Positions 1 to 10,012 of a stretch of 32,000 nt of DNA are shown here, piece by piece. The stretch's first letter is position 1. The number at the start of each line of letters is the position of its first letter. The notes under the pieces are model-generated. The model did no database searches, had not been told where the DNA came from, and worked only from the letters and a program-made list of their open reading frames with translations. A program made the position numbers and the translations under genes. Source of the DNA: Mycolicibacterium smegmatis (GTDB lineage Bacteria > Actinomycetota > Actinomycetes > Mycobacteriales > Mycobacteriaceae); NCBI RefSeq assembly GCF_001457595.1, contig NZ_LN831039.1, positions 4,410,001-4,442,000 on the forward strand, in the 5' to 3' direction.

Positions 1-1226
1 GCTCGCAGGCCGTCGCCACCACCATGGCGACCGTGCGGACGTTCAAGGAGCTGTTGCGCGACAAGAACATCGGGCCGCGCATCGTGCCGATCATCCCCGA
101 CGAGGCGCGCACGTTCGGTATGGACTCGTGGTTCCCGAGCCTGAAGATCTACAACCGCAACGGGCAGCTGTACACGTCGGTGGACTCCGAACTGATGCTG
201 GCCTACAAGGAATCCGAGGTCGGCCAGATCCTGCACGAGGGCATCAACGAGGCCGGGTCGACGTCGTCGTTCACCGCGGTGGGCACGTCGTACTCGACGC
301 ACGACGAGCCGATGATCCCGATCTACATCTTCTATTCGATGTTCGGTTTCCAGCGCACCGGCGACGGCCTGTGGGCCGCAGCCGATCAGATGGCCCGCGG
401 GTTCGTGCTCGGCGCGACGGCCGGGCGCACCACGCTGACCGGTGAGGGCCTGCAGCACGCCGACGGGCACTCGCTGCTGCTGGCGTCGACCAACCCGGCC
501 GCGGTCACCTACGACCCGGCGTTCGCCTACGAGATCGCGCACATCATCGAGAGCGGTCTGCAGCGCATGTACGGCGAGGATCCGGAGAACGTGTTCTTCT
601 ACCTCACCATCTACAACGAGCCGTATCAGCAGCCTGCCGAGCCCGAGAACCTCGACGTCGAGGCGCTGCTGAAGGGCTTGTACCTGTACCGGCCTGCCCC
701 GGAGAAGCGCGCCAAGAGCGCGCAGATCCTGGCCTCCGGTGTGGCGATGCCCGAGGCGCTGCGCGCGGCCGACCTGCTCGCGTCGGACTGGGATGTCGCC
801 GCCGACGTGTGGTCGGTGACCAGCTGGGGCGAGCTCAACCGCGAGGGCGTGGCGATCGAGAAGCACCGTCTGCGTCATCCCGACGAGCCCGCCGGCACGC
901 CCCACGTGACCAGCGCGCTGGCCGACGCGGCCGGTCCGGTGATCGCGGTGTCCGACTGGATGCGGGCGGTGCCCGAGCAGATCCGCCCGTGGGTGCCCGG
1001 CACCTACGTCACGCTCGGTACCGACGGCTTCGGCTTCTCCGACACCCGGCCCGCCGCGCGCCGGTACTTCAACACCGACGCCGAGTCGGTCGTGGTGGCG
1101 GTCCTGCAGGGCCTGGCGCGCGACGGCGAGATCGACGCGTCGGTCGCGGCCCAGGCGGCCGAGCAGTACCGCATCGACGATGTGTCCGCCGCGGGCGTGT
1201 CCTACGCCGACACCGGCAGCGCCTGA
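1..1226 (+). CDS. aceE: Pyruvate dehydrogenase E1 component, C-terminal ~400 aa (5' end upstream of window)
   Basis: The frame is open from the window edge (the ORF track starts at an internal Met at 24). The sequence reads like the AceE middle/C-terminal transketolase-like domains (e.g. ...[14 protein letters not shown]..., ...[19 protein letters not shown]...). It sits immediately upstream of the mabR-fabD locus, as in mycobacteria. Confidence 0.9.
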   Translation, partial: SQAVATTMATVRTFKELLRDKNIGPRIVPIIPDEARTFGMDSWFPSLKIYNRNGQLYTSVDSELMLAYKESEVGQILHEGINEAGSTSSFTAVGTSYSTHDEPMIPIYIFYSMFGFQRTGDGLWAAADQMARGFVLGATAGRTTLTGEGLQHADGHSLLLASTNPAAVTYDPAFAYEIAHIIESGLQRMYGEDPENVFFYLTIYNEPYQQPAEPENLDVEALLKGLYLYRPAPEKRAKSAQILASGVAMPEALRAADLLASDWDVAADVWSVTSWGELNREGVAIEKHRLRHPDEPAGTPHVTSALADAAGPVIAVSDWMRAVPEQIRPWVPGTYVTLGTDGFGFSDTRPAARRYFNTDAESVVVAVLQGLARDGEIDASVAAQAAEQYRIDDVSAAGVSYADTGSA

Positions 1227-1241
1227 TCCGGCCACAGTGAG

Positions 1242-1275
1242 CAGCCACCGGCACACGCCGGTGGCTGTTTGCTTG
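1242..1275 (+). terminator. Intrinsic terminator-like hairpin after aceE
   Basis: Perfect 11-bp stem CAGCCACCGGC / GCCGGTGGCTG (1242-1252 / 1257-1267) with loop ACAC, followed by TTTGCTTG, 16 nt after the aceE stop. Confidence 0.6.
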
Positions 1276-1321
1276 CGGGCACTTGGAGGAATCCGCCAGA
1301 AAACAGGCGTAGGTTTTAGGA

Positions 1322-2608
1322 ATGCCCGACAATCGGTTCGTTCCGCCGAAGTCCACGGTCGAGGTGCTTGAGGCCGTGCCCGACTCGCTGCTGCGCCGGT
1401 TGAAGCAGTACTCGGGCCGGCTGGCCACCGAGGCCGTGCACGCCATGGAGCAGCGGTTGCCGTTCTTCGCCGAGCTCGACGCGTCGCAGCGCGCCAGCGT
1501 GCAGCTCGTGGTGCAGACCGCCGTCGTCAACTTCGTCGAGTGGATGCGCAACCCCGAGAGCAACGTGGGCTACACCGCGCAGGCGTTCGAGGTGGTGCCG
1601 CAGGATCTGCGGCGGCGTGTCGCACTGCGGCAGTCGGTGGAGATGGTGCGCACGTCCATGGAGTTCTTCGAGGAGGCCGTGCCGCTGCTGGCACGGTCCG
1701 AGGAACAGCTCACCGCCCTGACCGCGGGCATCCTGCGCTACAGCCGCGATCTGGCGTTCGCCGCGGCCAGCGCGTACGCCGATCAGGCCGAGGCCCGCGG
1801 CGCCTGGGACATCCGCATGGAGGCCAACATCGTCGACGCCGTGGTCCGCGGCGACACCGGCCCCGAACTGCAGTCACAGGCCGCCGCGCTCAACTGGGAC
1901 GCGACCGCGCCCGCGACGGTGATCGTGGGCCTGCCGCGCGCCGACCGGATCGAGATGGCGCGCGACGACGTGCACGCCGTCGTGCGCCGCAACGATCGCG
2001 CCGCGCTGTCCGACGTCCACGGGACGTGGCTGGTGACGATCGTGTCTGGCCCACTGTCGGCGACCGACCGGTTCCTGGCCGACCTGATGTCGGTGTTCGC
2101 CGACGGGCCTGTGGTGATCGGGCCGACGACCCCGACACTGACCGCGGCGCATCGCAGTGCGACAGAAGCGATCTCGGGGATGAACGCGGTGGCCGGGTGG
2201 CCGAGCGCGCCGCGTCCGGTATCGGCGCGCGAACTGTTGCCCGAGCGTGCGCTGCTGGGTGACGCCGATGCGGTCACGGCCCTGGAGACCGAGGTGATGC
2301 GACCGCTGGCCGACGCCGGGCCTGCCCTCACCGAGACGCTGGACGCGTTCCTGGACTCCGGCGGCGCGATTGAAGCTTGCGCACGCAAATTGTTCGTTCA
2401 TCCAAATACGGTTCGCTACCGTCTGCGGCGTATCGCGGACTTCACCGGGCGCGATCCGGCGGTGCCCCGGGACGCCTATGTGTTGCGGGTGGCGTCGACC
2501 GTGGGACGGCTGAGCAAACACGCATACCGAGCGAGCACGATAAACAGCGCGGTCAGCGTGGTGCCGACCATCAGGCCGGCGACGTCGGCCGGGTCACGGG
2601 GTACGTGA
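1322..2608 (+). CDS. mabR: PucR-family transcriptional regulator (MabR-like regulator of the FAS-II operon)
   Basis: 428-aa ORF with a C-terminal PucR-type HTH (ARKLFVHPNTVRYRLRRIADFTG). Its position directly upstream of fabD matches Rv2242/MabR in M. tuberculosis (synteny from memory). Confidence 0.8.
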   Translation: MPDNRFVPPKSTVEVLEAVPDSLLRRLKQYSGRLATEAVHAMEQRLPFFAELDASQRASVQLVVQTAVVNFVEWMRNPESNVGYTAQAFEVVPQDLRRRVALRQSVEMVRTSMEFFEEAVPLLARSEEQLTALTAGILRYSRDLAFAAASAYADQAEARGAWDIRMEANIVDAVVRGDTGPELQSQAAALNWDATAPATVIVGLPRADRIEMARDDVHAVVRRNDRAALSDVHGTWLVTIVSGPLSATDRFLADLMSVFADGPVVIGPTTPTLTAAHRSATEAISGMNAVAGWPSAPRPVSARELLPERALLGDADAVTALETEVMRPLADAGPALTETLDAFLDSGGAIEACARKLFVHPNTVRYRLRRIADFTGRDPAVPRDAYVLRVASTVGRLSKHAYRASTINSAVSVVPTIRPATSAGSRGT

Positions 2609-2677
2609 CGTCACGCGATGGGGTGAGGTACGGATCACAGATCGCGGCGCGGTATCGACGAGGTCGCATCACATGCA

Positions 2678-2700
2678 CTTTTGTGGAGAACCTACAAAAA
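2678..2700 (+). promoter_or_regulatory. Imperfect palindrome in the AT-rich fabD upstream region, candidate MabR operator / fasII promoter element
   Basis: CTTTTGTGG-AGAA-CCTACAAAAA: TTTTGT and ACAAAA arms. It lies in the only clearly AT-rich stretch of the window (about 2670-2765), about 70-90 bp upstream of the fabD start. Confidence 0.4.
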
Positions 2701-2765
2701 CATAAGACAAGGTTCATAATCTCTTACACCGCGCAAACCCGTCTTCACAGTGTTCTCTTAATGAC

Positions 2766-3698
2766 GTGCCTCAAGGACCCGTGCTCGCATTGCTCGCCCC
2801 TGGACAGGGCTCGCAGACGCCCGGCATGCTCACCCCCTGGTTGGAGCTGCCCGGTGCTGCTGACCGTCTGGCCGCCTGGTCGCAGATCAGCGGTCTGGAC
2901 CTGACCACGCTGGGCACCACCGCGACGGCCGAGGAGATCACCGACACCGCGGTGACCCAGCCGCTCGTGGTCGCCGCCACCCTGCTGGCGCACGAAGAAC
3001 TCACCAAGCGCGGGCACAGCGCCGCGGAGACGATTGTCGCAGGCCACTCGGTCGGCGAGATCGCCGCGTACGCCATCGCCGGTGTCATCTCCGCCGACGA
3101 CGCCGTCAAGCTCGCCGCGACCCGCGGCGCCGAGATGGCCAAGGCCTGCGCGGTCGAGCCCACCGGTATGGCCGCGGTGCTCGGCGGCGACGAGGCTGAG
3201 GTGCTGGCGCGTCTCGAGGCCCTCGACCTCGTCCCGGCCAACCGCAACGCGGCCGGGCAGATCGTCGCCGCGGGCGCGGTCGCCGCGCTCGACAAGCTCG
3301 CCGAGGATCCGCCGGCCAAGGCCCGCGTGCGTAAGCTGGCGACGGCGGGTGCGTTCCACACCCACTACATGGCATCGGCGCTCGACGGTTACGCCGCGGC
3401 CGCGCAGTCTGTAACGACCAGCGAGCCGACCGCGACACTACTGTCGAACGCGGATGGTCAGCCGGTGGCTTCGGCCGCCGATGCGATGGAGAAGCTCGTC
3501 GCACAACTCACCAAGCCGGTGCGCTGGGATCTGTGCACCGCCACGCTGCGTGATCGCTTCCAGAATGCGGAGTCCGCCGGGATCGTCGAGTTCCCGCCGG
3601 CCGGCACGCTGGTGGGCATCGCCAAGCGTGAACTGAAGGGCACGCCGACGCGCGCCATCAAGTCCCCAGAAGACCTGGACGGTCTGGACCAGCTGTAG
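2766..3698 (+). CDS. fabD: Malonyl-CoA:ACP transacylase
   Basis: LLAPGQGSQ N-terminus and GHSVGE active-site serine motif. It is near-collinear with mycobacterial FabD. The start is GTG at 2766, or GTG at 2781 (VLALLAPGQGSQ), which fits the Mtb N-terminus better. Confidence 0.95.
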   Translation: MPQGPVLALLAPGQGSQTPGMLTPWLELPGAADRLAAWSQISGLDLTTLGTTATAEEITDTAVTQPLVVAATLLAHEELTKRGHSAAETIVAGHSVGEIAAYAIAGVISADDAVKLAATRGAEMAKACAVEPTGMAAVLGGDEAEVLARLEALDLVPANRNAAGQIVAAGAVAALDKLAEDPPAKARVRKLATAGAFHTHYMASALDGYAAAAQSVTTSEPTATLLSNADGQPVASAADAMEKLVAQLTKPVRWDLCTATLRDRFQNAESAGIVEFPPAGTLVGIAKRELKGTPTRAIKSPEDLDGLDQL

Positions 3699-3778
3699 GT
3701 CCGGCAAACCGCACGACAAACGTCCGGAATGAACCCCTCCACAGCCGGAGGGGCATCAACAACAACGAAGGAGCCACT

Positions 3779-4078
3779 GTGGCCGCCACCCAGGAAGAAA
3801 TCATCGCCGGTCTCGCCGAGATCATCGAAGAGGTCACCGGTATCGAGCCGTCCGAGGTCACCCCGGAGAAGTCGTTCGTCGACGACCTGGACATCGACTC
3901 GCTGTCGATGGTCGAGATCGCGGTGCAGACCGAGGACAAGTACGGCGTGAAGATCCCGGACGAGGATCTGGCCGGTCTGCGCACCGTGGGCGACGTGGTT
4001 GCCTACATCCAGAAGCTCGAGGAAGAGAACCCCGAGGCCGCTGCTGCCCTGCGTGAGAAGTTCGCGGCAGACCAGTGA
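3779..4078 (+). CDS. acpM: Meromycolate extension acyl carrier protein
   Basis: 99 aa with a GTG start preceded by GAAGGAG. It has the [11 protein letters not shown] phosphopantetheine-serine motif and is nearly identical to the Mtb AcpM core ([82 protein letters not shown]). Confidence 0.95.
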   Translation: MAATQEEIIAGLAEIIEEVTGIEPSEVTPEKSFVDDLDIDSLSMVEIAVQTEDKYGVKIPDEDLAGLRTVGDVVAYIQKLEEENPEAAAALREKFAADQ

Positions 4079-5325
4079 CCAGGCCTTCCACTGCCAACGG
4101 CGGTTACCCCAATGTGGTGGTGACCGCCGTCACGGCGACGACGTCGATCGCGCCGGACATCGAGAGCACGTGGAAGGGCCTGCTGGCCGGCGAGAGCGGT
4201 ATCCGCGTCCTCGAAGACGAGTTCGTCACCAAGTGGGACCTGCCGGTGCGTATCGGCGGGCACCTGGTCGACAACATCGACGATCACATGACCCGTCTGG
4301 ACATGCGCCGCATGTCCTACGTCCAGCGCATGTCGAAGTTCCTCAGCAAGCAGCTGTGGGAGAACGCAGGCGCGCCTGAGGTCGATCCGGACCGCTTCGC
4401 GGTCGTGATCGGCACCGGGCTCGGCGGCGGCGAGAAGATCGTCGAGACGTACGACGCGATGAACGAGGGTGGCCCCCGCAAGGTGTCGCCGCTCGCGGTG
4501 CAGATGATCATGCCCAACGGCGCGGCAGCCGTCGTCGGGCTCGAACTCGGCGCCCGCGCCGGTGTCATCACGCCGGTGTCGGCCTGCTCGTCCGGTTCGG
4601 AGGCCATCGCGCACGCGTGGCGTCAGATCGTCATGGGCGACGCCGATTTCGCGGTCTGCGGTGGTGTCGAAGGCGGTATCGAGGCGTTGCCCATCGCGGC
4701 GTTCTCGATGATGCGCGCGATGAGCACCCGCAACGATGATCCGCAGGGCGCGTCGCGTCCGTTCGACAAGGACCGCGACGGCTTCGTGTTCGGCGAGGCA
4801 GGCGCGATGATGATCATCGAGACCGAGGAGCACGCCAAGGCGCGCGGCGCCAAGCCGCTGGCGCGTCTGATGGGTGCGGGCATCACGTCCGACGCGTTCC
4901 ACATGGTGGCCCCGGCCGCCGACGGTCTGCGTGCCGGTCAGGCGATGAAGCGTGCGATGGAGACCGCGGGCCTCGATCCCAAGGACATCGACCACGTCAA
5001 CGCCCACGCCACCGCCACCCCGATCGGGGACACCGCCGAGGCCAACGCCCTCCGGGTTGCCGGTGTGGAACACGCCGCGGTGTACGCCCCCAAGTCCGCG
5101 CTCGGCCACTCCATCGGTGCGGTCGGTGCGCTGGAATCGATCCTCACGGTCCTGGCTCTCCGCGACGGCGTCATCCCCCCGACGCTGAACTACGAGACCC
5201 CGGATCCCGAGATCGATCTCGATATCGTTGCAGGTGAGCCTCGGTACGGCGAATACAAGTACGCCATCAACAACTCGTTCGGGTTCGGCGGCCACAATGT
5301 GGCTCTGGCATTCGGGCGTTACTGA
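4075..5325 (+). CDS. kasA: Beta-ketoacyl-ACP synthase KasA (FAS-II)
   Basis: 416 aa with the KAS I/II catalytic triad context ([32 protein letters not shown]). The N-terminus [37 protein letters not shown] matches mycobacterial KasA. The GTG start overlaps the acpM stop (GTGA). Confidence 0.95.
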   Translation: MTRPSTANGGYPNVVVTAVTATTSIAPDIESTWKGLLAGESGIRVLEDEFVTKWDLPVRIGGHLVDNIDDHMTRLDMRRMSYVQRMSKFLSKQLWENAGAPEVDPDRFAVVIGTGLGGGEKIVETYDAMNEGGPRKVSPLAVQMIMPNGAAAVVGLELGARAGVITPVSACSSGSEAIAHAWRQIVMGDADFAVCGGVEGGIEALPIAAFSMMRAMSTRNDDPQGASRPFDKDRDGFVFGEAGAMMIIETEEHAKARGAKPLARLMGAGITSDAFHMVAPAADGLRAGQAMKRAMETAGLDPKDIDHVNAHATATPIGDTAEANALRVAGVEHAAVYAPKSALGHSIGAVGALESILTVLALRDGVIPPTLNYETPDPEIDLDIVAGEPRYGEYKYAINNSFGFGGHNVALAFGRY

Positions 5326-5354
5326 GTCTCGGTAAAGGAAAGAATCGCGTAAAT

Positions 5355-6608
5355 ATGGCGGCACTGTCCACGGGGAACGGGCTTCCCAACGTGGTCGTCA
5401 CCGGCGTTGCGATGACGACAGCGCTGGCGACGGATGCGGAAAGCACCTGGAAGAAGCTGCTCGACGGCCAGAGCGGTATCCGTACGCTCACGGATCCGTT
5501 CGTCGAGGAGTACAACCTGCCGGTTCGTATCGGCGGACATCTCCTGGAGGAGTTCGATTCCGAACTGACGCGGGTCGAACTGCGCCGGTTGTCATATTTG
5601 CAGAAGATGGCGACGGTGCTCGGCCGCCGGGTCTGGGCCAATGCCGGCTCCCCGGAGGTCGACGCCCGCCGTCTCATGGTGTCGATGGGCACCGGCCTCG
5701 GTTCCACCGAGGAACTCGTGTTCGCCTACGACGGCATGCGGTCCAAGGGCCTGCGCGCGGTGTCCCCGTTGGTGGTGCAGATGTACATGCCCAACGGCGC
5801 CGCGGCCGCGATCGGTCTGGAACGGCAGGCCAAGGCCGGTGTGTGCACGTCGATCTCGGCCTGCGCCTCGGGTTCGGAGGCCATCGCCAACGCGTGGCGC
5901 AACATCGTGCTCGGTGAGGCCGACATCGCCATCTGCGGTGGTGTCGAGACCAAGATCGAAGCCGTGCCGATCGCGGGCTTCGCGCAGATGCGGATCGTGC
6001 TGTCCAACAGCAACGACGATCCGGAGGGCGCCTGCAAGCCGTTCGACAAGGACCGCAACGGTTTCGTGTTCGGCGAGGCCGGTGCGCTCATGGTCATCGA
6101 GACCGAGGAGCACGCCAAGGCGCGCGGCGCCAACATCCTGGGCCGGCTGATGGGTGCGAGCGTCACCTCGGACGGCTACCACATCGTGGCGCCGGATCCC
6201 AATGGTGAGCAGGCCGGTTACGCCATGACCCGCGCGATCGAACTCGCGGGTCTGAAACCCACGGACATCGACCACGTCAACGCGCATGCGACCGGCACCA
6301 ATGTCGGCGACGTGGCCGAGAGCAAGGCAATCAACAATGCGATGGGCGGCCACAAGCCTGCGGTGTACGCACCGAAGGGCGCGCTCGGCCACTCGGTCGG
6401 CGCGGTCGGCGCGGTCGAATCCATCCTGACGGTCCTGGCGTTGCGGGATGGAATCATCCCGCCGACGCGCAACCTGAACAACCTGGATCCGGAAATCGAT
6501 CTGGATGTTGTCGCCGGGGAGCCACGACAGGGCGATTACAAGTACGCGATCAACAATTCGTTCGGATTCGGTGGGCACAATGTCGCGCTCGCCTTCGGAA
6601 AGTACTGA
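5355..6608 (+). CDS. kasB: Beta-ketoacyl-ACP synthase KasB (FAS-II)
   Basis: 417-aa tandem paralogue of kasA (about two-thirds identical by eye) with the same Cys/His/His contexts ([32 protein letters not shown]). Confidence 0.95.
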   Translation: MAALSTGNGLPNVVVTGVAMTTALATDAESTWKKLLDGQSGIRTLTDPFVEEYNLPVRIGGHLLEEFDSELTRVELRRLSYLQKMATVLGRRVWANAGSPEVDARRLMVSMGTGLGSTEELVFAYDGMRSKGLRAVSPLVVQMYMPNGAAAAIGLERQAKAGVCTSISACASGSEAIANAWRNIVLGEADIAICGGVETKIEAVPIAGFAQMRIVLSNSNDDPEGACKPFDKDRNGFVFGEAGALMVIETEEHAKARGANILGRLMGASVTSDGYHIVAPDPNGEQAGYAMTRAIELAGLKPTDIDHVNAHATGTNVGDVAESKAINNAMGGHKPAVYAPKGALGHSVGAVGAVESILTVLALRDGIIPPTRNLNNLDPEIDLDVVAGEPRQGDYKYAINNSFGFGGHNVALAFGKY

Positions 6609-6676
6609 TACTCAACCGAGTTGAATGTTTCTTCGAGGCCGTCAGCCGCAAGTCCGACGGGCTACAGGAGGTTTGT

Positions 6677-8101
6677 ATGACGATCATGGCCCCCGAGGCG
6701 GCTGCCGAATCACTCGATCCGCGCGACCCGCTGCTGCGCCTGAGCACGTTCTTCGACGACGGCTCGGTCGAACTTCTCCACGAGCGTGACCGCTCCGGTG
6801 TGCTGGCCGCGGCCGGCACCGTCAACGGCGTGCGCACCGTCGCCTTCTGCACCGACGGCACCGTCATGGGTGGCGCCATGGGTGTCGAGGGCTGCGCGCA
6901 CATCGTCGACGCGTACGACACCGCGATCGAGGAGCAGAGCCCCATCGTGGGCATCTGGCACTCCGGTGGTGCACGACTGGCCGAAGGCGTCAAGGCGCTG
7001 CACGCGGTCGGTCTGATGTTCGAGGCCATGATCCGGGCGTCGGGCTACGTCCCGCAGATCTCGGTGGTCGTCGGCTTCGCCGCGGGCGGCGCGGCCTATG
7101 GCCCGGCGCTCACCGACGTCATCGTCATGGCGCCCGACAGCAAGATTTTCGTCACCGGCCCCGACGTGGTGCGCAGCGTGACCGGCGAGGACGTCGACAT
7201 GGTGTCGCTCGGCGGCCCGGAGGCTCACCACAAGAAGTCCGGTGTGTGCCACATCGTCGCCGACGACGAGCTCGACGCGTACGAGCGCGGCCGCCGCCTG
7301 GTCGGATTGTTCTGCCAGCAGGGCCATTTCGACCGCAGCAAGGCCGAGGCCGGCGACTCCGACCTGCACGCGCTGCTGCCGGACTCCGCGCGTCGCGCCT
7401 ACGATGTGCACCCTCTGGTGCACGCTCTGCTGGACGAAGGCGTGCCCTTCGAGGAGTTCCAGGCCAAGTGGGCCCCGTCGATCGTGGTCGGCCTGGGCCG
7501 GCTCGCGGGGCGCACCATCGGTGTCATCGCCAACAACCCGCTGCGTCTCGGCGGCTGCCTGAACTCCGAGAGCGCCGAGAAGTCAGCGCGTTTCGTGCGC
7601 CTGTGCGACGCGTTCGGCATCCCGCTGGTGGTCATCGTCGACGTGCCCGGCTACCTGCCCGGTGTGGATCAGGAATGGGGCGGCGTCGTGCGCCGCGGCG
7701 CGAAGCTGCTGCACGCGTTCGGCGAGTCGACCGTCCCCCGCGTCACCCTGGTGACCCGGAAGATCTACGGCGGCGCCTACATCGCGATGAACTCGCGCTC
7801 GCTCAACGCCACCAAGGTGTTCGCGTGGCCGGACGCCGAGGTCGCCGTCATGGGCGCCAAGGCCGCCGTCGGCATCCTGCACAAGAAGAAGCTGGCCGCG
7901 GTCGAGGATCCCGCCGAGCGCGAGGCCCTGCACGAGCAGTTGGCGGTCGAGCACGAGAAGATCGCCGGCGGTGTGGATTCCGCGATCGAGATCGGTGTGG
8001 TCGACGAGAAGATCGACCCGTCACACACCCGCAGCAAGCTCACCGAGGCTCTTGCCGAGGCCCCGCACCGCCGTGGTCGCCACAAGAACATCCCGCTGTA
8101 A
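6677..8101 (+). CDS. accD6: Acetyl/propionyl-CoA carboxylase carboxyltransferase beta subunit AccD6
   Basis: 474-aa carboxyltransferase-family sequence and the last gene of the fabD-acpM-kasA-kasB-accD6 cluster. An AGGAGG RBS lies about 6 nt upstream of the ATG. Confidence 0.93.
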   Translation: MTIMAPEAAAESLDPRDPLLRLSTFFDDGSVELLHERDRSGVLAAAGTVNGVRTVAFCTDGTVMGGAMGVEGCAHIVDAYDTAIEEQSPIVGIWHSGGARLAEGVKALHAVGLMFEAMIRASGYVPQISVVVGFAAGGAAYGPALTDVIVMAPDSKIFVTGPDVVRSVTGEDVDMVSLGGPEAHHKKSGVCHIVADDELDAYERGRRLVGLFCQQGHFDRSKAEAGDSDLHALLPDSARRAYDVHPLVHALLDEGVPFEEFQAKWAPSIVVGLGRLAGRTIGVIANNPLRLGGCLNSESAEKSARFVRLCDAFGIPLVVIVDVPGYLPGVDQEWGGVVRRGAKLLHAFGESTVPRVTLVTRKIYGGAYIAMNSRSLNATKVFAWPDAEVAVMGAKAAVGILHKKKLAAVEDPAEREALHEQLAVEHEKIAGGVDSAIEIGVVDEKIDPSHTRSKLTEALAEAPHRRGRHKNIPL

Positions 8102-8115
8102 CTTCTCAGCGCGAA

Positions 8116-8165
8116 CAGACGCAAAACTGCTCCTTTTCACGCGAAAAGGAGCAGTTTTGCGTCTG
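8116..8165. terminator. Bidirectional terminator hairpin between convergent accD6 and the SDR gene
   Basis: Perfect 22-bp inverted repeat CAGACGCAAAACTGCTCCTTTT / AAAAGGAGCAGTTTTGCGTCTG with a 6-nt loop (CACGCG). It lies 15 nt after the accD6 stop and 11 nt after the SDR stop. Confidence 0.8.
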
Positions 8166-8175
8166 GTGGGCAGGC

Positions 8176-8925
8176 TTACCGGGTGGTGTAACCGCCGTTG
8201 GTGAACAGCGTCTGGCCGTTGATCCAGTGCCCTTCGTCGGCGAGGAACACCGCCAGCGGGGCGATGTCGCCGATATCGGTCAGGCGGTTGCCCATGGCCT
8301 GGGACTTGTGGAACTCGACGCGCTCGGGGGTCTCCTCGGGGTAGAAGAACGGCGTGTCCATCGGCCCGGGCGCGATGTTGTTGACGTTGATCCCCCGCAC
8401 CCCGAACTCCTTCGACGCCGCGCGCGTGAAGTGCTCGACGGGACTCTTCGACCCCGCATAGGTGGAGTAGCCGTCGGTGTAGGCCGCGAGCAGCGATGTC
8501 ACGATCGTGGTGATCGACCCGTTGTCGTTGAGACGTTTGCCCGCCTGCTGCAGGAAGAAGTAGGCGGCCTTGGAGTTGATGTCGAACATCGAATCGTATT
8601 CGGCCTCGGTGGTTTCGGCGATCGGCTTGCGCAGCACCTTGCCGACGGTGTTGATCGCGATGTCCACACCGCCGAACGCGTCGATCGCCGTGTCGAAGAG
8701 CTTCTCGACATTGGCCGGCACGGTCAGGTCACCCTGCACCTTGACGGCTTTGACCCCCGCGTCCTGCACCGCGGCAACGGTCTTGTCGGCATCGGCCTCG
8801 GTGGACGCGCTGTTGTAGTGCACTGCGACGTTGACACCCCTCGAAGCCAACGTCGTGCTGATCAACCCGCCGAGGTTCTTGGCCCCGGCAGCTACCACTG
8901 CGGACTTACCTTCCAATTTGCTCAT
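8176..8925 (-). CDS. Short-chain dehydrogenase/reductase family oxidoreductase
   Basis: N-terminal Rossmann segment (KSAVVAAGAKNLGG) and catalytic YAGSK (YxxxK). The start is placed at Met15 of the ORF (MSKLEGKS..., ATG at 8925) rather than at 8967. Confidence 0.85.
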   Translation of the reverse strand: MSKLEGKSAVVAAGAKNLGGLISTTLASRGVNVAVHYNSASTEADADKTVAAVQDAGVKAVKVQGDLTVPANVEKLFDTAIDAFGGVDIAINTVGKVLRKPIAETTEAEYDSMFDINSKAAYFFLQQAGKRLNDNGSITTIVTSLLAAYTDGYSTYAGSKSPVEHFTRAASKEFGVRGINVNNIAPGPMDTPFFYPEETPERVEFHKSQAMGNRLTDIGDIAPLAVFLADEGHWINGQTLFTNGGYTTR

Positions 8926-8982
8926 GGTCCGTACGCTAGCTCCGCCGCTCACAGCAGAGAAACACAAAATCTCGACTATTTG

Positions 8983-8997
8983 ACAAGCAACGCTTGT
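8983..8997. promoter_or_regulatory. Candidate LysR-type operator in the SDR/LysR divergent intergenic region
   Basis: Perfect dyad ACAAGC-AAC-GCTTGT, followed by TATAGC about 8 nt upstream of the LysR GTG. The position is typical of LysR autoregulatory sites. Confidence 0.35.
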
Positions 8998-9010
8998 ATA
9001 GCCTGATCGA

Positions 9011-10012
9011 GTGACGGATCAAATGCCTGATCTTCGACGGTTGCGTCAATTCGTCGCAGTGGCCGACGCCGGCAGCGTGACGGCCGCAGCCGCGGCGCTG
9101 CACCTTAGCCAGCAAGCGCTGAGCAGCTCGATACAGCAACTTGAGAAACAGCTCGGCGCGACGCTGTTCCACCGGGAGGGACGCCGCTTGCGCCTCACGC
9201 GCGCCGGCGAGGTGCTCCTGGTCGAAGGGCGACCGCTGCTGGCTGCCGCACACACCATCGCCGCGCGTGTCGAGCAGACCGCCCACCGTGCCGACGAGGC
9301 CTACGTCATCGGCCACACCCCCGCGCTCAGCGGTATCGAGGCCTATACGCACGTCGAACGCGCCATCACCGCGTTCCCGGACGTGTCGTTCACCTTCCGC
9401 CAGTTCTATCCCGACGCCCTCGTCGAGGCCGTGCTCGACGGCACCGTGCACCTGGGGCTGCGCCGGGGCGTGGTGCCCACCAGCGCGGTCGCCACGGCGG
9501 TGCTGGGCTTCGACCGTGTCCGCCTCGCCCTGCCGCGCGACCACCGCCTGGCGGGCAAAGCTTCCGTCGACATCAGCGACGTTGCCGGCGAACGCATCGC
9601 GTTGTGGGCGCCACCCGGCGCGTCGTACTACAGCGACTTCCTCATGGGAGCGTGCCGCCGCGCCGGCTTCGAACCCGACTACGTCGTCAGTCGCGTGCAG
9701 GGCGCGGCCACCGTGGCCGCCCCGCTGACCACCGACGCCATCGCGTTCGTCACCGCACCCGCAGGCGCGGCGATGGACGGCCGTGTTGTCGTGGTCGACC
9801 TGCAGCCCGAACTGCTCGTCGGCGCACAGGCGTTGTGGCAGCGCCACACCCACTCGGCCATCCGCGACATGTTGCTCGCCGACGGCCGGCGCGATTCACA
9901 TGACGAGATCCAGGCATGCGTACGCGACGAGGCCGCTGATGATGCTCAACGTCAGGTTCTTCCACCGCAAGGACACGACAAGGGCGGCCGCGCCGGCCAA
10001 CGTCGCGGGTGA
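9011..10012 (+). CDS. LysR-family transcriptional regulator
   Basis: N-terminal LysR HTH (LRQFVAVADAGSVTAAAAALHLSQQALSSSIQQLEKQLG) followed by a substrate-binding-type domain. The alternative start is ATG 9023. The last ~40 codons are hydrophilic and low-complexity and lie antisense to an AzlD-like remnant, so the true 3' end is uncertain. Confidence 0.8.
   Translation: MTDQMPDLRRLRQFVAVADAGSVTAAAAALHLSQQALSSSIQQLEKQLGATLFHREGRRLRLTRAGEVLLVEGRPLLAAAHTIAARVEQTAHRADEAYVIGHTPALSGIEAYTHVERAITAFPDVSFTFRQFYPDALVEAVLDGTVHLGLRRGVVPTSAVATAVLGFDRVRLALPRDHRLAGKASVDISDVAGERIALWAPPGASYYSDFLMGACRRAGFEPDYVVSRVQGAATVAAPLTTDAIAFVTAPAGAAMDGRVVVVDLQPELLVGAQALWQRHTHSAIRDMLLADGRRDSHDEIQACVRDEAADDAQRQVLPPQGHDKGGRAGQRRG

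Noticed and set aside
4003-5364. 453-aa ORF on the minus strand
   Set aside because: It is entirely antisense to kasA, whose identity is unambiguous. The translation is Arg/Gly/Asp/His-rich and low-complexity with no recognisable motif. This is a typical high-GC shadow ORF.
6609-6676. Possible regulatory hairpin in the kasB-accD6 spacer (CCGTC...GACGG)
   Set aside because: The stem is only 5 bp with a large loop, which is expected by chance in GC-rich DNA. The spacer is adequately explained by the AGGAGG ribosome-binding site for accD6, though an internal promoter cannot be excluded from sequence alone.
7246-9006. 586-aa ORF on the plus strand
   Set aside because: It runs out of frame through accD6, straight across the 22-bp terminator hairpin, and then antisense through the SDR gene. 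The product is extremely Arg-rich and not biologically plausible.
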